Below are positions 1-8,945 of a DNA stretch of 64,000 nt, piece by piece (within the stretch, counting starts at the first letter, position 1; each line of letters opens with the position of its first letter). The notes beneath the pieces were generated by a model. It did no database searches, was not told where the DNA came from, and was given only the letters and a program-made list of their open reading frames with translations. The DNA is from a virus. Taxonomy: Duplodnaviria > Caudoviricetes. The stretch covers positions 96,001 to 160,000 of IMG/VR virus record IMGVR_UViG_3300031088_000782; one strand, 5' to 3'. Made by a program: the position numbers and the translations under genes.

Positions 1-24
1 TTCGGAAAGTTAAATAGTGAGATT

Positions 25-396
25 ATGGATAATTTAGTATCCATTTCTGAAAGCGAAGATGAAATAGAAACAGGACTTTTGGATGTTGTTAATCTTTGCG
101 AAATTGATTTGACCAACTATGAAGCAATAAATGTTTTAGAGAGAATTGCTGCATCTTTGGGGCATGTTGCCGAAAATGATTCAGAGCATATTGATTATCT
201 TACCGGCGAATCAATGAATAAAAAAGAGGCGGTTCGTTCTTATGATGCTAAACTTTTCACACAACAGGTTCTTTCTATTACGGGAAAGAAGCCTTTTGTG
301 AAAAAATACCCGTTGATTGTTGGACGAATTATGAATACTGAACAGATGATTGAATATGGAGACGGATTAGAGATTCCTACATTAAATAAACTTTAA
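25..396 (+). CDS. hypothetical protein (123 aa)
   Basis: Open ORF with plausible acidic composition; no recognisable motif. Confidence 0.6.
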   Translation: MDNLVSISESEDEIETGLLDVVNLCEIDLTNYEAINVLERIAASLGHVAENDSEHIDYLTGESMNKKEAVRSYDAKLFTQQVLSITGKKPFVKKYPLIVGRIMNTEQMIEYGDGLEIPTLNKL

Positions 397-519
397 CAAG
401 TTTCTGTTTCAATTGTTTCGACCCTATTGCTCAAATTTCAGTGATATTTGTTTATAGGTACAGTTTTTGTTAAAATTATATAAACAGTATATTTTATATA
501 TTCTCAGGAGGGAATTTAT

Positions 520-1188
520 ATGAGTTATCATTCTTCGAATTATTCATCTACACAATCATTAGAGAACAATGGTTTTTACAGCAAAGTAATGTCATGGTTA
601 GCTTTATCGTTCGGCGTGGCAGCGGTTGGCGTTTTTCTGATTGGGCCATTAGTCCCTCCCGCTTTTATTCTTCCTTTATCAATTATTGTAATTGTTGCGC
701 TTATTGCAGCAAGCTTCTCTCGTAAAATGATGAAACTCAGTGGTCCATTTGCTGTTATCATTCCTTTGCTTTTGGGTGTTACTCTGTATCCTACTTTGAA
801 TTACTATATTAGTTCGGGAATGGGCAATGTTGTTGGAATGGCGGCTGGCGGAACAGCTGTTGTGTTTGGGACTATGGCGGTTCTTGGCTGGGTAAGCAAA
901 ATAAGTCTCAACAGCTGGGCACCTAAATTATTCATGATTGTGATGGGATTGATCGCTGTTAGCTTGCTGAATGTATTCTTTTTCAAATTAGCATTTCTTT
1001 CTTTGATTATCTCTATGGTAGTTGTTGTTGTGTTCGCTATTTATACATTTATTGACATTCAAGCAATTAGAGATAGATCTCCTAACAGTGAAGTTCCTGC
1101 ATCATTTTATGCTTTGAATATTTTCTTGGATATTTACAACATTTTTGCTAGTTTGTTGAATATTATCGGATTTTTCAATAGAGCTTAA
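520..1188 (+). CDS. Bax inhibitor-1/YccA family membrane protein
   Basis: About 7 hydrophobic segments; C-terminal YTFIDIQAIR...ALNIFLDIYNIF with two Asp typical of the BI-1 family; RBS ggaggg. Confidence 0.85.
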   Translation: MSYHSSNYSSTQSLENNGFYSKVMSWLALSFGVAAVGVFLIGPLVPPAFILPLSIIVIVALIAASFSRKMMKLSGPFAVIIPLLLGVTLYPTLNYYISSGMGNVVGMAAGGTAVVFGTMAVLGWVSKISLNSWAPKLFMIVMGLIAVSLLNVFFFKLAFLSLIISMVVVVVFAIYTFIDIQAIRDRSPNSEVPASFYALNIFLDIYNIFASLLNIIGFFNRA

Positions 1189-1218
1189 TTTTAAAAATTA
1201 ACTTAATAAATGATAAGT

Positions 1219-1254
1219 AAGAGAGTCGATCTTTAAAAATAGATCGGCTCTCTT
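1219..1254 (+). terminator. intrinsic terminator-like hairpin
   Basis: aagagagtcgatct / agatcggctctctt after the BI-1 gene. Confidence 0.7.
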
Positions 1255-1287
1255 AATGTTTGTGTTGTTTGTAGATATAATTATTGT

Positions 1288-1335
1288 CTATTCCGGCAAG
1301 TTGTGAATCAGTCAAAAAACTTCTTGCCGGAATAG
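1288..1335. terminator. bidirectional terminator-like hairpin
   Basis: 13-bp ctattccggcaag / cttgccggaatag between convergent genes. Confidence 0.7.
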
Positions 1336-1344
1336 ATTTATTTG

Positions 1345-1956
1345 TTAAGAGTCTTTCCAAACATCATCTTCATCATCTTCGAAACTATCTAAAAAGGTAT
1401 CTGTTGAGAAAGACAATTCAGGAAAATGTTTTTCAATTCTTCTATTGATTTCTTCAGTAATCAGAGAGCTAATAGATTCGTCGTTAGTTGTCCAGTATAA
1501 TTCTATTTTTTTGGCTTTTTGTCCGCTTGCTAAATCTGATGTAATCCATATGTCATCACTCAGAGGAAAAGACATAAGATTATCTATCAATTTGTCAAAC
1601 ATGTCATTTTCAGATGAATATTTGACAACAGTTACTAAAAAAGAATTTGGAGTTGACAGGGTCGGATATCCTTCAGAAACAAGTATCTTTTCTGCTCCAA
1701 TGATGAATGAAGCGATAATTCTATGTGTTCCATCTGCAATTTCTTTTACTCCATCATCGCTATAAAGAACAACAGGTTCACGAAATTTTCCTGTTTTAAG
1801 ATACTGGCTTTTCAATTCTTCAATGATTTCATAATCTGTTTCGTTTGATAACATCTGTCTCATTGCATCATCCCAATCTTCATACTGATAGACTGGTTTG
1901 TATTCTTCCATCACTTCAGACAGATTTTTTAAATATATTGTCTGTGAATCAACCAT
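1345..1956 (-). CDS. ParB/Srx N-terminal domain protein
   Basis: FREPVVL...EIADGTHRIIA matches the ParB-like DGxHR motif; the only credible minus-strand gene. Confidence 0.7.
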   Translation of the reverse strand: MVDSQTIYLKNLSEVMEEYKPVYQYEDWDDAMRQMLSNETDYEIIEELKSQYLKTGKFREPVVLYSDDGVKEIADGTHRIIASFIIGAEKILVSEGYPTLSTPNSFLVTVVKYSSENDMFDKLIDNLMSFPLSDDIWITSDLASGQKAKKIELYWTTNDESISSLITEEINRRIEKHFPELSFSTDTFLDSFEDDEDDVWKDS

Positions 1957-2065
1957 TTTTCCGCCTTTTCTTGAGGGCTTTTGATTTGATTATATCATTT
2001 CTTTGTGTTTGTTTTGATATATTATTAGTGAAAGTTTGAAAATATTTTTATGAGGAGGGAAAACC

Positions 2066-2284
2066 ATGCTGAACGGTAATGTGAATATTTTGCGTTCTAC
2101 CGATAGCTGGTCTTTCCCTGTTGTATGCGCTGAAAGCGCAGAAAAGGCGCTTTCAGCCGATTTCTCAGCTAATAGAGGAAACCCCTCGGATATCCATTTT
2201 GATCGCTCAGAAGGGAAAATTCAAAACCTCCAGAATTTTAGTTTTTCAACACTTTCATATGTATCAAAAATTTCGCAATATTAG
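2066..2284 (+). CDS. small hypothetical protein (72 aa)
   Basis: Strong SD gaggagg 7 nt before ATG; no motif; overlaps inverted repeats. Confidence 0.4.
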   Translation: MLNGNVNILRSTDSWSFPVVCAESAEKALSADFSANRGNPSDIHFDRSEGKIQNLQNFSFSTLSYVSKISQY

Positions 2285-2304
2285 ATTAGAAATATTGCGA
2301 AATC

Positions 2305-2353
2305 ACAAGATAAGGAGCAAGTGTTGAAAATATGCACTTGCTCCTTATCTTGT
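2305..2353 (+). terminator. long perfect hairpin
   Basis: 19-bp acaagataaggagcaagtg / cacttgctccttatcttgt. Confidence 0.7.
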
Positions 2354-2509
2354 TTACATGCAGAAATGTTAGAAAACGTATTACGATAGGAGAAAGAGAA
2401 TATGTTTGACAATGTTGATGAAAATATGATAATGTTAAAGGAAATGGGTATAATTTAGCCCACAAATAGCGTCCTGGTAAAAGACAGGCACGGAAGAGAG
2501 AACAGAAAG

Positions 2510-3049
2510 ATGACAGATGTATTAAGTTTAGAGAAGATACTTACCAAAAACGAGGTAGTGCAGGTTGATTCTTCAATGAAGATCACAAACACTGTCAATT
2601 GGATGACAGCGGCAACAAAAGTGATCTCCAATGATGCGTATATCCTCATTCCTCGCACAAATGGTGAAGTTTTGAGAAGCCCTAGCTTTTCTATGCCTAA
2701 ACCACTTGTCATTGGACTGCATGTTTATGTTCCAGAGCACAAAAAAATCAAAATGGGATTGAACGATCATGTGTCTAAAACTAAGATTCTCATTAGAGAC
2801 GATTGGACTTGTCAGTATTGTGGAGAATACGGTAACACTATTGACCACATCATGCCTAAATCTCGTGGAGGATTAAACACTTGGGGAAATCTTTGTGTAG
2901 CTTGTAGGAAATGCAACGGCTTGAAAAGCAACAGCACCCCACAAGAGATAGGATTCAAAAATCCTATCATTCCAGAAATTTACACACCACCAAACAGAGA
3001 GAACAAATTACAAAAAGCTTTGTATGCTGATCTTGAAGCAATGATGTGA
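2510..3049 (+). CDS. HNH endonuclease (McrA-like)
   Basis: RDDWTCQYCG..TIDHIMPKSRGG..TWGNLCVACRKCNGLK. Confidence 0.9.
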   Translation: MTDVLSLEKILTKNEVVQVDSSMKITNTVNWMTAATKVISNDAYILIPRTNGEVLRSPSFSMPKPLVIGLHVYVPEHKKIKMGLNDHVSKTKILIRDDWTCQYCGEYGNTIDHIMPKSRGGLNTWGNLCVACRKCNGLKSNSTPQEIGFKNPIIPEIYTPPNRENKLQKALYADLEAMM

Positions 3050-3070
3050 TAAATAACTCAAAACACTATT

Positions 3071-3109
3071 GAAGAGTGCCGCAATTATTCAAAAATTGCG
3101 GCACTCTTC
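3071..3109 (+). terminator. terminator hairpin
   Basis: 16-bp gaagagtgccgcaatt / aattgcggcactcttc. Confidence 0.75.
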
Positions 3110-3206
3110 TTTAATAATTAGTTAAAACAACAATAATATTTCATATATTTACATTTGATATAATGAGATTAAATAATTATTGCGAAAAAATTGGAGAAGA
3201 TAAAGT

Positions 3207-4070
3207 ATGTCTAAGGGGTCAAGAACATCAAGGTCGAGAGAACATGCTAGGGAGCAAGCGAGAAAAATTCAGCAAGAAGAAGCTTTGCGCAAAAAACTAA
3301 GTTTTATTGTTCCAGCTATTGTTATCATTCTTGCTATAATTGGTGGTATTTTTCTATTTTCTAATTATGCTGAAGAAAAGAAAACCGAAAAAGAAGCCCA
3401 AACTCAAATGGCGAAGACCAAAGGTGAACAAACAACACCTAAATTCATTGATGAGAAAGGAGCTTTTCATGTATCCGCTAATGGAGTTGAAAAAGATGTA
3501 AAACCTACAGGAAAAACTCGAATGGATATGTTTTTCGATCCACAATGTCCTGCCTGTGGAATGATTGATCGCGGAATCGGTGAAAGAGTAAACGAACTAC
3601 TTGAAAATGATGAAATCGATCTTTATATTTACCCTATTTCTTTCTTGGACCAAACATCATCAGACAATTATTCTTCAAGAGCAGCAAGCGCAGTTGTCAC
3701 AGTTGCCGAGAGATCCCCTGAAAACACAATGAAATTCGTTAATAAAATTTTTGAAGAGGATTTTCAGCCGGGAGAGGGAGCAAGTTATGAATCCGTTTCA
3801 GATAAAGATTTAGCTCAAGCTGCTGTTGAGGTTGGAGTTCCAGAAAATGTTGCGAAAACAATTGAACAAAAAAATTATTTGGATTGGGTTGCCAAGAATT
3901 CCGAAACACAAACTTCCAGAACGGATTATTTCAGTGATGGATTTTCGACTCCAGCAATATTCTTAAACACTGAATATAAAGATGGTCAAGCAACTGATTA
4001 CACAAGAGTAATATTTGACAACAACAATATTCTTCAAACTTTTGATGATGCTATTGCCGAAGCGAAATGA
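3207..4070 (+). CDS. membrane-anchored DsbA/thioredoxin-fold oxidoreductase (MdbA-like)
   Basis: Basic N-terminus, one TM helix, FFDPQCPACG CxxC motif, STP cis-Pro-like motif. Confidence 0.85.
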   Translation: MSKGSRTSRSREHAREQARKIQQEEALRKKLSFIVPAIVIILAIIGGIFLFSNYAEEKKTEKEAQTQMAKTKGEQTTPKFIDEKGAFHVSANGVEKDVKPTGKTRMDMFFDPQCPACGMIDRGIGERVNELLENDEIDLYIYPISFLDQTSSDNYSSRAASAVVTVAERSPENTMKFVNKIFEEDFQPGEGASYESVSDKDLAQAAVEVGVPENVAKTIEQKNYLDWVAKNSETQTSRTDYFSDGFSTPAIFLNTEYKDGQATDYTRVIFDNNNILQTFDDAIAEAK

Positions 4071-4107
4071 TTAATTATATTTATTAAATTGATTTTCGAT
4101 AGTTTTT

Positions 4108-4164
4108 AAGATAAGATTGCTGAATATTTGATAATTTTTCGACAATATTCAGCAATCTTATCTT
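4108..4164 (+). terminator. long perfect hairpin
   Basis: 21-bp aagataagattgctgaatatt / aatattcagcaatcttatctt. Confidence 0.7.
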
Positions 4165-4170
4165 TCTTAT

Positions 4171-4214
4171 TTGACAAATGATTGAAGATTAGGTAGAATA
4201 TTGACATTGAGTAA
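4171..4214 (+). promoter_or_regulatory. sigma-A promoter followed by CATTGAGTAA
   Basis: TTGACA-17-TAGAAT, then CATTGAGTAA at 4205-4214. Confidence 0.7.
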
Positions 4215-4242
4215 TTTTGTATAGATAAAGGTGGGTTTAAGA

Positions 4243-6174
4243 ATGTTTGATGAAGATTTTGATAAGAATATTCCTGAAGAGCAGAAAGAGATTTTGAAGA
4301 GATTTCGAGAGGATCTTACTTCTCAACCTATTCGTTCTCTGAATAAAGAAGAGTCAGACATCTATGCTGGAGCTGTTTTTCGTGCTCAGCAGATACTTCC
4401 CTCTTTCCGTGACGCTTTGGCTGTTCTGAGTCCTTTCATGGATGCCACATGTTCAACTGCATACACAGATCAGTATGCTCGTGTGGGGCTTTCATACTGG
4501 TTCTTCTATCTTGCTGATGCTGAAACACGATCAATGGTTGTTCTTCATGAATCTATGCACATTCTCAACAGTCACTTCGCTCGTGCTGAAACACAAAAAG
4601 TGAAGCCACGTATGATGAATTATGCTGGAGACTTTGAGATTAATACTAATCTTTACACTCTGCCTACTATCAAAAATTCTCTTGAAAACTTTTTGATTCC
4701 TTCAAAGTATGAACTTCCTGATTTCAAGACTTTTGAGCAGTATGTTTCCATGATTAAAGACAAAATGGAAGAAATTTCAAAGGATTCAGGAAATCCAAGC
4801 GATGGGGCTGAAGAAATCGATCAGGCTTCACAAAACAACGATAGTCAAAGCGGATCGGATTCTTCTTCAGGTTCGGAAAGCGGAACTGATTCGTCTTCCT
4901 CAGATGCTTCTGGATCTGACAGTGCATCTTCTGATTCTCAACAGGGAAATGACTCTGAATCCAGCGAAAGCGGAAGCTCGTCAAGTGGAGAAGGCGGAAG
5001 TGAATCATCTGATGGTTCCGGTTCATCACAATCAGGCGATAATGGCGACTCACAAGGTGGTCAAGGATCTCAGCCTTCAGGTTATGGTAATTCCTATGAT
5101 GATTATGTTCGTAAAATGAATGGCGAAGATTCTGCGGGTGGAACTGGATCATTTGAAGATCTCCTTAATGAAGAAGAAGGAAAAGGCAAGTGTGACGGAA
5201 ATCATTCTAAAGATGGTAAAGGTGAACCTTGTGATGGATCTTGCGATCATTCTTCTGAAGGCGATAATGACGGAGAAGCAGACGGCGATAGCCAGGGAAA
5301 TAATGGAAATGGTGAGCCTGAGCCTAACTCTTCAATTGACAACTACAAGCGTTCAATGAATAGTGGTGGAGCAAAGAAAAAAGTTAATCCTCCTACACGT
5401 CATTGCGATGACAGCACTGTTAAGCGTTCTGAAGCGGCTGACAAAGCTGGAATTTCTAAAGTTTCTGACATTGAACAAAATATCGCACGAAACAACACTT
5501 CTGTTCGCATTGCTGAGGAGCTTAACAGTGGAGGTCGTGGTTCAGGAGCAAGCAATGATTTCTTGAAGCTTGCTCTTAAAAGAATGTCGCCACCTAAAGT
5601 TGATTGGCGAGATCTTTTCCGAAGGGCTGTTGCTAATGCTTATAGCGCAAGTATTATGGGACAATCATACACTTCTTATAAGCGTGTGAATAGGCGATAC
5701 AGTCAGGGATCAGTTATTTTCCCCGGTACTATTGATCATTCTCCTACTGTTACTTTTGCTGTTGATACTTCAGGTTCTATGGGACAAGAAGATTTCAGAA
5801 GGCTTCTTGCAGAAATTGAGGACATTATCAAAAATGCGGCACGTCAGAAGAATTCATTGAAAGTGTTCTCAGTTGATACTACAGTTAAAGGAATCGAACC
5901 TGTTTCTTCGGTAGATAAAATCAAACTTCGTGGTGGAGGCGGAACTGATATGAGCGTTGCCTTCGCTTATGTTAATTTGATGAAAAAGAAAGAAATGCCA
6001 AACATTGTTGTTTTGGGAACAGATGGTTACACAGAGTGGAGTTCTGTTGAAAGAGAGATTCGACAGGGAAGTTACCATGCAATCATTCTTGTCACTCAAG
6101 CGAATGCAATGAATAGTGTTCCCCAATCTCTTCACTCTGTCGCGGCTGTCATTGACATTTCAGAAGATAACTGA
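4243..6174 (+). CDS. metallopeptidase-vWA protein (DUF2201-like)
   Basis: HESMH (HExxH), NYAGDFEIN, long Ser/Gly/Asp linker, vWA MIDAS VDTSGSM, GGGGTD and TDGY; ORF track start is GTG 4231. Confidence 0.85.
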   Translation: MFDEDFDKNIPEEQKEILKRFREDLTSQPIRSLNKEESDIYAGAVFRAQQILPSFRDALAVLSPFMDATCSTAYTDQYARVGLSYWFFYLADAETRSMVVLHESMHILNSHFARAETQKVKPRMMNYAGDFEINTNLYTLPTIKNSLENFLIPSKYELPDFKTFEQYVSMIKDKMEEISKDSGNPSDGAEEIDQASQNNDSQSGSDSSSGSESGTDSSSSDASGSDSASSDSQQGNDSESSESGSSSSGEGGSESSDGSGSSQSGDNGDSQGGQGSQPSGYGNSYDDYVRKMNGEDSAGGTGSFEDLLNEEEGKGKCDGNHSKDGKGEPCDGSCDHSSEGDNDGEADGDSQGNNGNGEPEPNSSIDNYKRSMNSGGAKKKVNPPTRHCDDSTVKRSEAADKAGISKVSDIEQNIARNNTSVRIAEELNSGGRGSGASNDFLKLALKRMSPPKVDWRDLFRRAVANAYSASIMGQSYTSYKRVNRRYSQGSVIFPGTIDHSPTVTFAVDTSGSMGQEDFRRLLAEIEDIIKNAARQKNSLKVFSVDTTVKGIEPVSSVDKIKLRGGGGTDMSVAFAYVNLMKKKEMPNIVVLGTDGYTEWSSVEREIRQGSYHAIILVTQANAMNSVPQSLHSVAAVIDISEDN

Positions 6175-6184
6175 ATATAAATAA

Positions 6185-6246
6185 AAACAAAATTAAGCAA
6201 CCATTCTGTATAATAAAAATTGCAGAATGGTTGCTTAATTTTGTTT
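6185..6246 (+). terminator. long hairpin
   Basis: About 26-bp inverted repeat with a T-rich 3' arm. Confidence 0.75.
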
Positions 6247-6366
6247 AGAGATATTATTCGAAACATATAAAAACATTTTGAAATTCTTCATTTAAGTTTT
6301 GATAAAATAATTGTGTCAAAGCTTTGATGTTGACCTTAGAAAAAATTACGAAAGAGAGTTGTGTAG

Positions 6367-7473
6367 ATGACTAATGCTAGCGAAGAAAGAATGGCGCAGT
6401 TTGATTCTGTGATTGCTGCCATCAATAAGAATAAAAAATATAATAATGAAGACAATTATGGGAAACTTTTAGCAAAATTGGGAGACAAACCTCTCGATGT
6501 TGAAACGATTTCCAGCGGAAGCCTTGTGTTGGATAAAATTCTTGGTGGAGGACTTGCGAAAGGTCGTATTATTGAGATTTATGGTCCAGAATCTTCAGGA
6601 AAGACCTCTATTGCTCTAACAGCAGTTGGAAATGTTCAAAAATCTGGCGGAAATGCTGTTTTCTTGGATGTTGAAAATGCGCTTGATCCTAAATATTCTG
6701 CAAAACTTGGAGTAGATACTGATAGACTTGCTGTTGCTCAGCCTAATTCAGCTGAGCAAACATTAGATCTTCTTCAGGATTTGACTGATACAGGAGTTAT
6801 TGACATTATTGTTCTTGACTCGGTTGCTGCTCTTGTTCCTGATGCTGAACTTGCTGGTGATGCCAGTGATGTGACTATTGGTTTAGTTGCTCGTCTCATG
6901 TCTAAGGCGTTGAGGAAGCTTATTAGCTCTGCAAATAAGACTAAAACAACTATTATTTTCATCAATCAGACTCGTGATAAAATCGGTGGATTCTCTCCTT
7001 ATGGAACTCCGCAGACAACAACTGGTGGTAAAGCTCTTAAATTCTACGCTTCTCAAAGAATAGAAATTAAAAAGGGCGGTCCTGTCAAAGGTGATACTGC
7101 TGAAGATAAGAATACACCTATCGGTAGCGAAGTAAAGTTCAAAATTGTGAAGAATAAAGTTGCTCCTCCTTTCGGAACTGGCGAATCTGTTTTGACATTC
7201 AACCAGGGAATCAATGTTGCCGCTGAAATGGTTCTTGTCGGTCATTCTTATGGAGTAATTTTGATGCCTAATAACAGAACTTATGTTGAAGCTGAAACTG
7301 GCGAAGTCTTTGGTAAGAGCAAGAGAGAGGCAATTGAAGCATTAAATAATGACAAAGAATTGCTTGAAAGACTGAAAGTTGCAACTGCTAAGCAGATTGA
7401 AGCTAATCTTCATGGTATCGGACGTGAAGAAGACGTAGAAGATGAAAGTGATTTTGAAGAAGATTCAGAATAA
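6367..7473 (+). CDS. recA: recombinase RecA
   Basis: GRIIEIYGPESSGKT, IVLDSVAALVP, ARLMSKALRK, GGKALKFYAS, KIVKNKVAPPF. Confidence 0.97.
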   Translation: MTNASEERMAQFDSVIAAINKNKKYNNEDNYGKLLAKLGDKPLDVETISSGSLVLDKILGGGLAKGRIIEIYGPESSGKTSIALTAVGNVQKSGGNAVFLDVENALDPKYSAKLGVDTDRLAVAQPNSAEQTLDLLQDLTDTGVIDIIVLDSVAALVPDAELAGDASDVTIGLVARLMSKALRKLISSANKTKTTIIFINQTRDKIGGFSPYGTPQTTTGGKALKFYASQRIEIKKGGPVKGDTAEDKNTPIGSEVKFKIVKNKVAPPFGTGESVLTFNQGINVAAEMVLVGHSYGVILMPNNRTYVEAETGEVFGKSKREAIEALNNDKELLERLKVATAKQIEANLHGIGREEDVEDESDFEEDSE

Positions 7474-7493
7474 TTTTCAAACACTACTGGACA

Positions 7494-7554
7494 ATCGGCA
7501 TAATGTACGCTATACTTGAATTGTAAAAGATTCTGTAACGTACATTATGCCGAT
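7494..7554 (+). terminator. long hairpin
   Basis: 16-bp atcggcataatgtacg / cgtacattatgccgat. Confidence 0.65.
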
Positions 7555-7590
7555 GTTTTTTATAACAACGAAACGCTGTGTCATGTGAAG

Positions 7591-7630
7591 TTGACAGGGG
7601 TATAATGTATATGTTAGAATCATTGAGTAA
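7591..7630 (+). promoter_or_regulatory. sigma-A promoter followed by CATTGAGTAA
   Basis: TTGACA-18-TAGAAT immediately followed by CATTGAGTAA. Confidence 0.7.
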
Positions 7631-7660
7631 GCAAATTTTTTATGAAGTAGGAGAGTAAAT

Positions 7661-8839
7661 ATGAGTGAAAATATTTTGACCAATTCTGACCATGTTCTTC
7701 GGGCTGCTCTGAAAGCTCGTCAGGCTGTTATGCTAGTCGGTGAGCCTGGAACAAGCAAAACAGCCAGTGTTGCTCAACTTGCAGAAGATTTGGGTAAAAC
7801 CCTTATCACAATTGTCCCATCTCGAATGGACTCTCAGGATATTTCAGGATTTCCTACTAAGGGTGAATATACTTATGGGGAAATCACTGCACCTGTGACA
7901 GAATATGCTCCTCAGCGTTGGCAAATGGAAATTATGGAGAAGAAAGAAGTCATTCTTCTTCTTGACGAATTTTCAAATGCTCATCCTTCAACTCGTGCTT
8001 CTCTCCTTTCCTTTATTCAGGATAGGCAGTTCCCCAATGGAGATTTTTTCCCTGATGAAACAGTTATTGTCTGTGCAATGAACCCTACTGATAGTGCGGC
8101 TGATGGTTATGAACTTGACCCAGCTACAACAAACCGTATGACATTCCTCTCATGGAAGCCAAGTGTTGATTCATGGCTTAAAGGAATGGTTGATAATTGG
8201 GGCAAGGGTGTTGCAAGCGAATCAGAAAAGAAGTGGCGTAACCTTATTGTTCGCTTCATCAATGACGAACCAGGTGCTCTTCACACAGGACCAAACTCAA
8301 ATTACAACGGTGAAGCCTATGGCGTTTCCGACAACTCTTCTGACCGTGCAGTTCTTCAATATGCTTGGGCATCACGCAGGTCATGGGACAATCTTTCTCG
8401 TATTCTTGGTGCCCTCGAAACAAATGATTCTATGATTGAAGATACTATCATGGAGGGTACTGTCGGATATGCTTCAGCAAGCAAGTTCCGAGATTGGTTG
8501 CGTAAGAATGGCGCTCTTGACATTGCCAACATTATCAAAAACCCTAGAAAGTTCTCCGGTTGGGATGGACTTTCGTTCGATGACACTAACCTGATTCTTC
8601 GCTCAGCGTTGGAAAATGTCGACGATTCAACTCCTGTTAAAAAGGTTATGAATATTATCGACATTTTCCGAATCATTGTTGAAATTGACAAAGGTTCAGC
8701 AGCGGCACCTTACCTGCAGGATCTTGCTAAGATTCGAAACAGAGCCGGTGGTCTCAACTCTGACGAGAAGAAGCAAGTCACTGAAGAACTTAAAGCAGTG
8801 ATTCCTCTGTTCAATGAGATTTCAAAGCGCAGAAAGTAA
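7661..8839 (+). CDS. MoxR-like AAA+ ATPase
   Basis: GEPGTSKT Walker A, LLLDEF Walker B, CAMNP sensor, ATTNRM arginine finger, SRRSW. Confidence 0.85.
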   Translation: MSENILTNSDHVLRAALKARQAVMLVGEPGTSKTASVAQLAEDLGKTLITIVPSRMDSQDISGFPTKGEYTYGEITAPVTEYAPQRWQMEIMEKKEVILLLDEFSNAHPSTRASLLSFIQDRQFPNGDFFPDETVIVCAMNPTDSAADGYELDPATTNRMTFLSWKPSVDSWLKGMVDNWGKGVASESEKKWRNLIVRFINDEPGALHTGPNSNYNGEAYGVSDNSSDRAVLQYAWASRRSWDNLSRILGALETNDSMIEDTIMEGTVGYASASKFRDWLRKNGALDIANIIKNPRKFSGWDGLSFDDTNLILRSALENVDDSTPVKKVMNIIDIFRIIVEIDKGSAAAPYLQDLAKIRNRAGGLNSDEKKQVTEELKAVIPLFNEISKRRK

Positions 8840-8850
8840 TATTTTTCTCT

Positions 8851-8892
8851 AAAATAATCGCCACACTGAAAATGAAGTGTGGCGATTATTTT
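8851..8892 (+). terminator. terminator hairpin
   Basis: 17-bp aaaataatcgccacact / agtgtggcgattatttt. Confidence 0.75.
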
Positions 8893-8945
8893 TTGTTAGA
8901 ATATATATTGATTAATGAAAAGTTTTGGAAGGGGAAAATTTACTA

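Noticed and set aside
6250-6290. LexA/SOS box upstream of recA
   Set aside because: tcgaaac is present but the palindromic second half is missing.
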